Origin: Schmidtea polychroa
Lineage: Eukaryota
Reading direction: 5' to 3'
Length of the DNA: 64,000 bases
Assembly: GCA_044892525.1 (NCBI GenBank)
Contig: CM097886.1
Span: 107,632,001-107,696,000 of the forward strand
Both the position numbers and the translations under genes were made by a program. Shown in pieces: positions 49,842-61,831 of the stretch; the first letter of the stretch is position 1, and each line of letters begins with the position of its first letter. Under the pieces are notes generated by a model. That model was not told the origin of the DNA and made no database searches. It saw nothing but the letters and a program-made list of their open reading frames with translations.

Positions 49842-52800
49842 TAGGGTTCGGAATCCCGGGATCCCGCAATTTTTGGCAATCCCGAAATCCCGGGATCGAG
49901 CACTTGATCCCGGGATTTGACTTTTTAAGCCTAAAAAGAAAAATACCTTACAGTTTCCTTAAAAATTCTTTAAAACAATCGTTTTTGGTTGAACATTTTC
50001 AAATTTAAATTTTTTCGGTTGAGATTTGAATTTTGTCATATAGAAAATACTTGGAATTTTTTTTTGCATTCAAATTCTTAAAATATATAAATTTTAAAAA
50101 TCGAAATTCTTGGAACTTTTTTTTTCAATATTCAATTTGTAATTATATTCTTAAAATTTTTTGTTGGCGCTCAGACGTAATTAGTATATAATTGTTTTCA
50201 CGTGTTATTGTTTTTGATTATTTTAAAGTGTAGATTTAATTAAATTATCATTCGCACTATTTGAACAACAAATTTTAAAAATATAATGGTTTCTTACATA
50301 GACCATGAAAAGAAAAGTAATTCTGCTGTTTGGAAACATTTTTTACGAGAAGAAAAAGGACAGACAGCGATGTGTAAGTATACCGACTGCAAAAAAATTC
50401 TAAAAATTGGGGGTGGGTCAACGAAAGGTCTCCATACGCATCTACTTTCCGTCCATAAAATTAACATCACAACAGCTACTACTTCGGCTAACACATCAGA
50501 TGAACCACCAACAAAAAAATCGAAAACGTTAACCAAGTATTTTCCGATGCTGGAACGAGAAGAAAAATCACTTCCTGCTACACTTGCAAGGTTAACCGCA
50601 CTTGATAGGATTTCATTTAACGTTATATGCCAACGGTGGGCAAATGCGGCTCTTCGTTGAGTAAACTGCGGCTCTTTGATAATTGAATTTTTGATAATTG
50701 AATTTGAAAATTGAATTCGATTTTTTTATTTTGAAATTTTTTCAACTGAATTTTTAAAAAAAAATTTTTTGTTGCAATTGTATTTTCATGGTTAGTTCAT
50801 TTTTACCTGTGTCACAAAATAGGTGTAAACAGAATTAAAATTTATAGTGTCATTCGATGGCGGTATTTAGAATCAAAATTTAATATTTCCTTATTACATT
50901 CTACCTTGTTTCATTCTTTTTATAAGCAATATTTAAATAATACATGTCTCACTACACTATATACCAGGGGTGGGCAAGTGCGGCTCTTTGATGAGCCATG
51001 TGGCTCTCTAGGACCTCATGCGTGCCCACCCCTGTTATATGCCGTTCTTCTGATTTAAGTGCAGGTCTTATAGCAACATGATTCAAAATTTTACCTACAA
51101 CAGTCAACACAGTGCGCAAAATAGTTGTAGATTACAGCAAAAAAATTAAGAATTCATTAATTACGGAAATAGATGGCAAAAAAAACCACAATTCGGTGTT
51201 GGTGAGAGATTTTCCTTATCGTTTGATGAATGGACATCACTACGTAACCGTCGGTACATGAATATTAATTTACATGCTCAAAATTGTCAGTTCTGGAGCT
51301 TAGGCCTAATTCGAATAACAGGATCAATGCCTGCAGATAAATGTATTGAGCTCCTAGAACAAAAGCTCGCAGAATATGGACTTGATTTGCGAAAAGATAT
51401 CGTCGGAATTATGACTGACGGAGCAAGTGTAATGACAAAAGTTGGGAGATTATTACCTGTAAATCAACAATTATGTTTTGCCCATGGTGTGCAACTGGCC
51501 GTAATTGAAGTACTATATCAAAAGCAAAATATAGAAACAGATCAGCAATTCGACGAAGACGAACAATTAGAAGTAGAACACGATTTTTCGGAGAGTAACG
51601 ACGATGAAAATTTTACTGACAACGAAGAATTGGTTGATCTCGATTCTGGTCATAGGCATGGAGGAAACCAAAGTGATGTTACTGAGATAAATTCCGCTCC
51701 AGTGATCAAAAAGGTACGAAAATTGATAGTAATGTTCAGACGATCGCCAACAAAAAACGATATCTTGCAGAAATATGTTGCGGCTGAATTTGGGAAGCAA
51801 ATAACTCTAATAAAAGATTGCAAGACTAGGTGGAACAGCCTTTTGTCAATGCTTGAACGTATCTATTTATTAAAAAATTGTATTCAAAAGGCATTGATAG
51901 ACATAAGTCTACCTGAAGGTGAATCATTTGCTTTATCTAATGATGAGCTTAAAATGATATCTTCTATCATTAGTGCTCTAGTACCAGTAAAAGCAACAGT
52001 CGAGGCCCTTTGTCGTCGGGATGCTAGTCTGTTCACAACTATAACTTTTATGTTAAAAAACTTAAAGATTCTAACAACGTTATATGTCAAAAATTGCATT
52101 CAGCTCTCATTCTTCGCATGCAACAAAGGCGCACAGATATCAGTGGTGTACTTCAGTATTTACATAATGGTAGGACAAACGTTCAGTCCAAATCTGAAAT
52201 AGCGCTCGTAACAGTTCCATCTGCCGTAAAATGTCGCAAAATAATAGTTGAGTTACTCGAAAGATTAGATGCTGCAAATCCAGCTACAGCACTAACAGCT
52301 CATGAGTCCGAAGTTGAATCTTCTGTTTCAAATGAGGCACCTATCGAAATTGTTTCAGATTCTTCTGATTCTCCATCTGAATCTCTTTCCTTTTCTCTTG
52401 AACAACCTTTAACTATTGCAGACGAGCTCAATAAAGCTATAAAACAAGCACATTTTCCGAGGATGCCAATTCGATGTGAGATGCTGTCAGCGAAAATTCA
52501 AAAGGAAATGGTATTGTTTGAAAATGGAGGAACACGTGGTGATTTTTTGCAAAGAGCGTAAGATTTTCTAATGACAATCAAACCAACCAGTGTAGAGTCC
52601 GAACGTGCCTTTTCTGCGGCCGGACTTTTTGCAACGAGAATAAGAAGTCGTATGGGCGATGAAACTTTGGATGCACTATGCTTTCTTAAAAGTTATTTTA
52701 AAAATAACAAAGAATAATTAGGTATTTTTTTATAATTATTTAATAATTAAAAATGTAACTTTAACAATGAACTCTTTATAATTTATTAATTAAGAATATT

Positions 52801-53117
52801 ATAAACATAATGAATTTGATGTATAATATTATAAAAACATTTATTTTCTTTATAATTTAATAAACTAGTTTTTATAAACTTATTTTTGAATGTGTCATTT
52901 TTTTTAAATACCTGTTCTTGAAATATATTAACGGGATTTTTAAATACCTGTTCTTGAAATATATTAACATATTATTTTAACAAAATTAATCACTTTCTTT
53001 TTCTATTAATTTGGTTAAAATAGCATGTTAATATATTTCAAGAACATGTATTTAAAAATCCCGGGACTAATCCCGAAATCCCGGGATTGAAAATATAGCA
53101 CGGGATTGCCAACCCTA
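49842..53117 (+). mobile_element. hAT (Ac/hobo-like) transposon, near full length, inactivated
   Basis: TIR TAGGGTT(CGG/GGC)AATCCCG; perfect TSD ATTTGTTA at 49834-49841 and 53118-53125. BED finger (VWKHF...CKYTDCKK...HTHL), FDEWTS, DGAS, CFAHGVQL, TRWNS and PTSVESERAFS motifs are present, with stops and frameshifts. Confidence 0.96.
50631..51034. mobile_element. hAT MITE nested in the hAT transposase gene
   Basis: Perfect TSD TTATATGC at 50623-50630 and 51035-51042; ends CAACGGTGGGCA / TGCCCACCCCTG; a second left-end copy at 50965. Confidence 0.9.
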
Positions 53118-53446
53118 ATTTGTTATAGTTTCCATTTATATATTATTTTATTTCTGGTTTAAAAAACCAATTACTAGTCTTACTCTGAGCGTGTTATTTA
53201 ATAATGACAATGACAAGTTCCATTGACAAAAAACTTTATTGATTATCACAATTGATTACAACGAATTCAACGATACCAATTTTCAACACACCTCAACGAT
53301 TTCAAATGCTTATTACAACCCTTTGAGAAGAATAGCGCAACAATAATAATATTCTGAGAACACAAGCACTTGACTACTGCCGATAACGGGCGATTCACAA
53401 AAATGATCTAATCGTCTTTTTACTTGATTTGAATTCATCATCTAAT

Positions 53447-53790
53447 TCTGATGGTGGTCGGACAAAATGTTACCGGACAAAATGTCATGGACAAAATGTC
53501 GCGGACAAAATGTCATGTGGACATAAATGTGGTATAAATGTTGTTGATAATATACCATTGCGACATGTTGAGTGTGATCAGTACCTTTGCAACCAATACC
53601 CAAAAAAATATTTTGTCGGATAAACTCTGAGTATGTATATTTTGTCCACGACATTTTGTCCGCGACATTTTGTCTAAGACATATTGACCATGACATTTTG
53701 TCCGCGACCTTTTGTCCAATGACATTGTGTCCACATGACATTTCGTCCGGTGACATTCTTGTCTCTCGTCCAACTGTTTCCCTGACTCTC
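53447..53790. mobile_element. Foldback MITE built of GGACAAAATGTC / GACATTTTGTCC repeats
   Basis: The left-arm repeats are inverted in the right arm. The ORFs called here are translations of the repeats. Confidence 0.75.
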
Positions 53791-53953
53791 AATAATATAT
53801 TCTCAATAATAATCTCTTCTTAAATTTAATTCTCCTATAAAATTTATCCTTTAGCAAATTTCCCTCGTTGTAAGTTCCAGGACAACATCCCATTCACTTA
53901 TCATCATTTTACGAATTTAATAATTATTTTTATTTATTATACCAGTATTTTCA

Positions 53954-53954
<1 letters not shown>

Positions 53955-54015
<61 letters not shown>
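53955..54015. repeat. (CA)n(TA)n microsatellite
   Basis: Seen directly. Confidence 0.9.
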
Positions 54016-54020
<5 letters not shown>

Positions 54021-54282
54021 AAAAACCTATAGTTTAGCATATTGATATTATATTGAGTTTAAGATATAATTATTTATAATTATTAATTATGCAAATCTTA
54101 TATTGGAAATAATTTTTTTAATTATGAATTAATTTAATGAATACAAAATGGCATTTTTAAAATGAATTATATTATTTTTTTAGTTATTTAACAAAGATTT
54201 ACGATAACAATTAAAAATCTTAAACAAAAATTGAAGTGAGTTTTTATAACTTTATTTGTGAATTAATAATAGATGACAAATA

Positions 54283-54759
54283 GTGATAAATATCAAGAAT
54301 ATTTGTTTTAATATTATTTTCCTGGGAATGAATTTCTTCAATTTTAGTAAGGAATTTTAATTGTGAATATTATTTTGAAAAGCATAATTCTAAGAAAATT
54401 TGTTTGAATGTGATGAGTCGTTATCTATTTACAATGTCAACTTTAATGACACAGCTTTTTGTTTATACGGAGGAAGTATTCCAAATAAACAGGTGAAATA
54501 CAGTATCATCATTAGGAATATTTCTGTTCCAATCCCATTTCGTAAACACCCAAAATTATCAGATTATGAAAATTTTTACATTTTGCCGATGTTTAAAGCA
54601 ATTTTCCCAAATTTACTAAAAATATCTTTGGTATTCAGTCCGATTACAATTAGAGTATCCTGTACATTAAAATATACAAATCTTTATGCTGAAGATTATT
54701 TACAGGGAACAGGTTTTTTAATAATATTTCTTACAAAATTTTCCGTCATCTTAATTTAA
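54283..54759 (+). CDS. Paralog of the 48074-48540 gene; hydrophobic first exon lacks an in-frame upstream ATG (GTG start or pseudogene)
   Basis: Hydrophobic frame 54283-54346, 48-nt GTAAGG...TAAG phase-1 intron (54347-54394), then exon 2 containing P-R-HP-L--Y-N-Y-L--FK----NLL---L-FSP--I-V-C. Possible donor after 54712. Confidence 0.65.
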
Positions 54760-55348
54760 AAATTTTTCATATAATGCTTTGTAATTTTTGAAGTGTGTCA
54801 ATCAAAACAAACATTTATTATAATAACATCTGATCATCATATAAACAATTGTTTATTTATTATAAGAACCTGTTTCATATTTCACCACTGATTTCTTTTC
54901 AATTGACATTTTGTAATTTGTTTAATGTATATTGCACTTTGGTGTTTTGTTAGGTAAAATCAGAAAAGGATTATACTCGTTTTTTCCTATCCTTGTTGTT
55001 TACAATCTCTTTACTCCCTGAAACTCTTTAAGAAATTTGTCAATTATCAAAGATTTTGACTTCTTTGCAGTTGTAGTTGTCAATCTGTGGGTTGTAGAAT
55101 TTTGAGGGTAATAATTGACAAATTTATGCTGCAAGAAGAAATAATACCAAGAAAAACCTGAGGCTAGAAATTAGAAGTCAAAAGGATAAAAAGAAAAAAG
55201 CTTTTATTGGTTCTGAAGGACATAAAACATTCTCCACTTGAAAGGTTTATTTCAAAAATTTTAAATTATAATTTATTTAATTTCTATCTAATACGAATAT
55301 CTGAAACATGTTGTGTTTAAATAGTACTACAGTTTGATTTTTATTTAG

Positions 55349-55657
55349 AATTTCCATTACTTATTGAAGAACGTGTAGCAAACGATTCTCTAAAATGTAC
55401 AAGCAAATGGAATTATTATAATATATCTTTCATGTGTATTTTTAATAACATTAAAACACAAATTGGAAACTTTCCTGTTCCGTTTTATTTATCGAATGAT
55501 TTAATTTATATCTACAAAACTGTTAATGTTTTAGATAACATTGTTTTATTTAATTATATATTTTTGAACCTTTCAATAAATTGTCAATGCATTGGGAAAT
55601 TGGAATCTGAACCTTACAAAATTGAAAAAGACTTAAATTTCACCCTTCCTAAAAGAG
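55349..55657 (+). CDS. Module exon (309 nt, phase 1-1), paralog of 40090-40398
   Basis: TTATTTAG acceptor and GTAAAT donor. Reads FPLLIEERVANDSLKCTSKW...INCQCIGKLESEPYKIEKDLNFTLPKR. Confidence 0.7.
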
Positions 55658-55868
55658 GTAAATGTAATTATAATTAGTAGTAAAAAAAATTAATTATTCA
55701 CTTTTAAATTAATTAAATATAAATTAATAAGATTAATATGTATTATTCTATTTAAGAAAAAGAAATCTAGTCAAGTTTAATAATTATCGTTTTACATGCG
55801 TCGATAATTCACACGTTTTTCTATATTTTAAATAATTTATGAGGATATAATATAACATTTTTACAATA

Positions 55869-55950
<82 letters not shown>
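55869..55950. repeat. Palindromic (AAT)n(TTA)n microsatellite
   Basis: An AAT run of about 40 nt directly followed by its inverse. Confidence 0.9.
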
Positions 55951-57207
55951 TATATTTAATTATAATATTAAATTTCTTGGTAGCGACATAAACTAAATGT
56001 TAATGAAATAAATTATGTGATGGGACTTTTGCTATAAAATATGTACTGAATGAATGAACATTTGATTATATGACAATATTATTATTATTCCATTATTTTA
56101 TAATTATTTTTACAAAGATTTTTTAAACTTTAATCCCATTGTGCATCAAACGAACCAAGACCCACAAAAAACGATAAGTGATACCCTGCCCAGAAAATAT
56201 TTTCAATTTAAATTAATTTTAAAAGGCACGCCAAAAATCTTTAAACAAAAACATATTCAAAGCCGCTATATAAGAGTTTGCAGGAAAATTAAAACAAACG
56301 GGAAAACTTTCTTCGAAACACCCGAATCAACGGATTTTGTTTTTATCAATGCGTCGGAGGAATGTGTCTAAAAGCTATTATATCATTTAATCGACGCCGC
56401 CGCATGTATTAACTCAAATAGAAATTCATCATTGAATGGTGTATCCCACAGCTTCGACGATTTCCGGCTTTTGTAAACATTCTAAGTCCATTTAATGGTA
56501 TTTGTACCAGTGTCATCATTAGAATCTAATTTTTTCCAAAGATTGGAAAGAAATTAAAAAAAGTCAAGTAAAAGTACTAATCGATCTAATTAGGATGTTG
56601 AAGCCGAGCTTACCTTTTAAATGTATAACTTTACAATAATTTTTCGAATTCATTAATTCAATTTATTTTGGATTTGAAAGAGAAAGTTTACATTTGAACA
56701 GTTATGGAGAAATTTAGCGGCATGCAAAATGATCCTAAGAAAGTCATACTATGCAAATAATAGTATTAAAAAGAAATTACTTTTTTAGGAGCTTCAATCA
56801 GTGCTAGACCTGTCTAAACTACGGATATAAAGATTTCAAAAAAAAAGATTGGTAAACAGTTGAGTAAGAGAGACCCGATGATTATTTACCGTTCTTATTT
56901 ACCAATATGCTTCCCTAACTTTTCACCCTCAAATTAGCATTTGTTTCGATTTTTACACGATTCTCTTAATTGTTAAATTCGAATTCCCTTCAAACCTGTG
57001 AAATTGATCCATCAAAATTCATTATTCATTAAAGAGGGATTCTTCGAGGTATAGTCCATGAGATTACAGAGGTTGTGAATCAAAATTACCAATATATTAT
57101 TTAATAAGACTCTTTTTGTTAACAAAATTTCTATCGTTTTTACAATTTTAGTAATTTCATAAATTAATTATTTTGACAATTTATCATTTCGTATATCTCG
57201 GATTCAG

Positions 57208-57495
57208 AGCCTCAGTTGATGACAATTAGTCAGCCACAAAAATTACGTCAACCCATATCCTGCATTTTTCTATACACTAAATTCAAGGTATCAATCCAAT
57301 GGGTTTGTGAATTCTGTCGAAAACCGAAATTAGATGAGGATGAAAAAAATATTTGCGGTTACTATAGGGTTGTTCAGAGTGAAATTACATTTAATTTCGA
57401 CTTCCAATTTCGTACAGATTTGTATTGTAAATGCATTTGTTATATTAGTGATTTCTTCCTTCCATACTCATTCGCTATGCTAAAAGTCCCAATAG
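57208..57495 (+). CDS. Module exon (288 nt, phase 1-1), six-Cys subtype, paralog of 36292-36582
   Basis: TTCAG acceptor at 57206-57207 and GTAAC donor at 57496; six Cys with conserved spacing. Confidence 0.7.
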
Positions 57496-57549
57496 GTAAC
57501 ATTATTCAATTTTACAATTAATAATGGTGAAGGAGCGATTGCCATTTAA

Positions 57550-58120
57550 CCCTTTCAACACTGAATTTTATTTATTCAGAAAATGATTAATTTTTTATAA
57601 TAAAACTATTAGTTACTAACATCATTAGAACTTTGTAGAAGACTTTCTTCCACCATTTAGCTGTCCTTCTATTCAGGTCGTAAACGGCCACAAGTTGGTC
57701 ACAGAGGTCTACACCGCCCATTTTCTCATTATAAAAAAGATGACAGAAATAATTTTTCAAAAATGTTTGGGATATAAAATATCCCAGAAGTGTTGTAAGG
57801 TTTAAACCTTTATAACAAGTTCTACTAAAAAAATTAATTAAATATTCAAATGTATTTTTTTCTCCGTTTAATAAACACAAATAAGACCAAGTACGGTGAC
57901 GAGTTTCAGAATTCAGTTTTATTCATAAAAAAAATTTAATTCAAAGATTTATGAGAAAATTTGGGTGTCATTATGTAGCACACAGAAAAATATTCAATAT
58001 GTAATATTTAGCACCAAAATTTGTCAGAGCATTCGAATCCATATAATGTAAGGAATCATTTTTGTGAAAATGAACCTTAACAACAACCAATTTCAAGGTT
58101 TATTTATGGACGAAAACCTC
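57550..58120 (-). mobile_element. piggyBac transposase remnant with one intact terminus
   Basis: TTAA|CCCTTT at 57546-57555; FYNEKMGGVDLCDQLVAVYDLNRRTAKWWKKVF. The other boundary is uncertain. Confidence 0.8.
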
Positions 58121-58714
58121 TAAAATCAACCCAGATGTATCATGATATAATTATGGATCGTATTAAGTAAACTTAAAACAACTGAAAAACAAATACAAGT
58201 GAAAATTTTTTAAAATTTAATTTTAATTTTAAATTTAAATTTATATGTTACTCTGGTTTGTTTCATGGGAAAATAATTTTGATAATTAATTCTTTTTATC
58301 GAATTGTTCACTTCTTTCATATTTATTTATAATATAAAATGAAATAACCATGTCAATGATTCAATAATTAAAAAATATCACTCAAGCATCATTTTAAGAT
58401 ATATTTCGACAGTCTCATTGTCATCATTATAAAGAATAGAAATAAATAGATATTATAAATTAATTTTAGATTACAAAACCATTTTGCAGTTTTACCTAAG
58501 CGTTACTCGGCCACAAATTTTTTTCGCACACAAATCCGAGTCTTGTTCAAGCAAATCTTGTTTCAACTTGTTGATAGTTGTTCGTAGTCCTTAGTCGTGT
58601 TACGGTGTGTGTTACGGCATTGTGTATCATTGTCATATTCTAACTTGAATTTAACCACTTTTCTGTTATTTTTATTCACATTTTAGACAGAAGTACATAA
58701 AAAATAAGTATATA

Positions 58715-60470
58715 CAGTCAAACCCCGCTTTATCGCCATTTGAGAAAAAAAATATTTTTGGCGATAAAGCGGGGTGGGTTTTGAATAAAATAATTAAAAA
58801 ACAAATAAAAAATCAACCTTGTTTATTAATAAATCTCATTATGTCATTATTTCAAAGTCATTTTCTCCTTTTAATCAAATCTTTCTAAAAATCCTTTAAT
58901 TAATTTCAGTGATTGTGATATTTTCGGCCTTGATTTTTTAGATTGATCAATAAATTTCAAAATAACTTCCAAAGCACATTGAGCTTCTTCAAATTTTATA
59001 TCTGGAAGTTCTGGTGTTGCTTCAATTTCAATCATTGAAATGTCAGTAGTTTCAATGTTATCATTTGTACATATTCAATGAACTCTTGATCATTTAATAT
59101 ATTTGAAGATGTTAAGACTTCATCAACTGACATAAAACTCTCAAATGAAATCACGTTTTCAGGGCCCAATCTATTTGCCATTTTTGCGTATAGCAATTCT
59201 AAGCTTGAATTAGATGTTGATATTTCCTCAGTAGCATTTCGTTGAGGTTCAATGGGTAATAAATTAGATTTTCTCCGTGAATTATTAATTGTTTCGGGTG
59301 TTACACTGCATGACACTATGACACCATCTTATAACCTCATCAAAAGGTAATCTGTATTCAATATTATTATCTATATTATTAACTTTTTCAATAGTTGTTT
59401 TTTATAATAATGCTTAAAGTTTTTTATTATACCTTAATCCATTGGCTGAACATATTACGTAAGTTATGGATCAAAAAATAAAAGTTTAATATTTTCAAGT
59501 GACTCATTTAAATGACTATGAGATGAAGTATTATCAACTAACAATACAATTTTTTTATTCCTATAGACAAGTTCTTCATCAAATTTAAGACCCAATCCTT
59601 AAATAGGTCAGCAGTCATCCAAGCCTTTTTATTAGGTTTATAATCACAATGAGCTTACAAAGACGTTTTTAAATGATCTATGTTTTTTAGATCTACCAAT
59701 GATTAGCATTTCTCTTTTCTCTGTTCCTGTGGCATTGGAACATTAAGCTATAATAGTTCTTACCTTTGGCTGCTTAATAGCCTGGATTATTCCATTGATA
59801 CTTAAAGACTTTTCTCCTCGATATTCAATGAACAATCCTGTTTCATCTATGTTAAATATGTTTCCTGGCTCATATACTGATAGTCCAACCTTTAATCTTT
59901 CATGACATTAGCTTAAATTTTACTTAGAAACCGAACCAGATTCTCCGGATAAAGAATAGCATTTTATTCGATTCCTTTTTTTAAATCGAGTTATCCATCC
60001 ATTTGATAACTTAAGATCGGAAATATTTAGTAATTTGGCAAAGCTTTTACCTTTTTCAACTAATAAGTCTTGATTAATTACTGCATTTTGCTCTCTTCTC
60101 TGAACAAACCTACAAATAAAGCGCCTCCTCAAGTTCAGGATATTTTGGACGTTTAATAAAATCTGTGTTTTAATTAAACGTCGTTTGAAACTACTTTTCT
60201 CGGTATGTTTTATTATCACCTATTGTACGCCTAATATCCATGGAAAATTTGGCAGAAAAATGTGTTGCAACTTTTTTTTTTAATTAGAAACTCCACGACT
60301 TCCTTCTTTTCGGCTCGGAATTAAACGACTTCGTGTTCTTTTCTTAGTCATATATGGGTATTTTAACTATGGGGGTAAAAATGTAAAATGGCGGTAAAAT
60401 TGGGTAAAAACATTAAAAATAAATTAAAACAAATTATAAAGCGGGATGGCAGTATATCGGGGTTTGACTG
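58715..60470 (-). mobile_element. Decayed Tigger/pogo transposon
   Basis: TA-flanked TIR CAGTCAAACCCCG; CENP-B HTH (LSNGWITRFKKRNRI...SGESGSV); fragments AWMTADLF, LLVDNTSSH and QPMD. Confidence 0.92.
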
Positions 60471-60550
60471 TATACTTATTTTTATAATTGATTTTATTTT
60501 AGTTTTAGCCCAAAATGTTCTACGCCAATTATGAATATTTCGAGGATATA

Positions 60551-60723
60551 CAGTCGAATCCGCTTAATATCACGGGGTGCGGCCGATATATAAATGTGAT
60601 ATAAACCGAATGTGCTATTAAGCGAATATTCGAGTGTATTATCTACGGTTTTTGTTCTACATCTTGGCGTGATAATAAGCGTATTGTGATATAAAACGAT
60701 GTGCTATTAAGCGGATTGTACTG
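60551..60723. mobile_element. Tigger-type MITE
   Basis: TA-flanked TIR CAGT(CG/AC)AATCCGCTTAATA. Confidence 0.85.
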
Positions 60724-61150
60724 TATTGATAAGTGAATCAGGCAATAAAATAAAGTTTCAAAACATACCATAACAAAAAAAACTTATTGAATACTTATAC
60801 TATAAAATAATAAACATTGTATTAATATTATTTGTTAACCATATTTTAATAAAATGTAAATAAAAAATTTGGCAATTATTGGACACCTTTCGCACTGAAA
60901 TCCATCTGCTATGTGGTTAAAATACTTATTTAAACATTCATTACATTTGAAAATTACAACAACAATACATATACTGTCAATTTAACATCATTACTATTCA
61001 GAAACATTCAACACATACGTTTTGACAATATTCTGCAAGTTAATTTTGGATCCAACGATCTTATTAATGATGCTTCACATATCTCACTTTCTCAATAATT
61101 ATTAAAACTTTTTAATAGATTTTCGTGATACATATCTTTATTTTCCATAG

Positions 61151-61831
61151 GAGAACCAAAAATGACCTTCGTTCCTCCAGTCTTTATATTTGATCATTTC
61201 ATTGAATGTCGCATAATGTATTATAAATTATTCATTCAATTCTGGAGATGTCAACATAAAAGTAATTTCATTGTTTTGAATGAGTCCGTTAATATTGGAA
61301 TAACTGACTATGAATTGAAATACTTTTACAATTCCTTTCAAGTGAAAAAGAAGCTATTAATTGTAAAAAGATCATGGCTCAAAACTAGAGTACACTGTCA
61401 ATGTTTCCTCCAATTGATCAACCCAATCACAATTTTAAACCAATACATTCAGTTCACAGTCCCGAATTTCGGTATGTTTAAAACGTTAAAAATGTAAAAT
61501 TAATATTGTAAAAGATCTATTTAAATCCATTTCTATTAACTGTTCTTATCATTGCCAATACAATGTCTTTCAAAAAAATGTAATTAAAATAACAGCCAAT
61601 TATAATTTTCCGGAAATATTGAAATATTCACAATTTCTGATTGGTTTGTCCGATATTAATTTTACGGTAGTTTCAACCAATCCGGAATCGCATTTTATTT
61701 ATCCGATTATTTCCAATGTTAGTGATTTTGGAATGAGATGTTCAAGACTCTCTTGGAAGGTTACTTGGATTAATACAAATAATAGTTTACTTAGTGGAGC
61801 ATGGCCAATCATGTTTTATAGTACATTCTAA
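61151..61831 (+). CDS. Two consecutive module exons of the unannotated family (61151-61471 and 61515-61820/61831)
   Basis: CCATAG acceptor; 321-nt exon (EPKMTF...IECRIMYYK...WRC...HCQCF...FTVP); 43-nt GTATGT...AAAG intron; second exon open for about 105 codons, with a phase-1 donor giving 306 nt. First exon not identified. Confidence 0.7.

Noticed and set aside
53429-53823. Repetitive Cys/His-rich ORFs
   Set aside because: Translations of the 12-bp MITE repeats.
54800-55250. Second piggyBac transposase relic
   Set aside because: Only a faint PNK-PK-like resemblance among many stops, and no termini.
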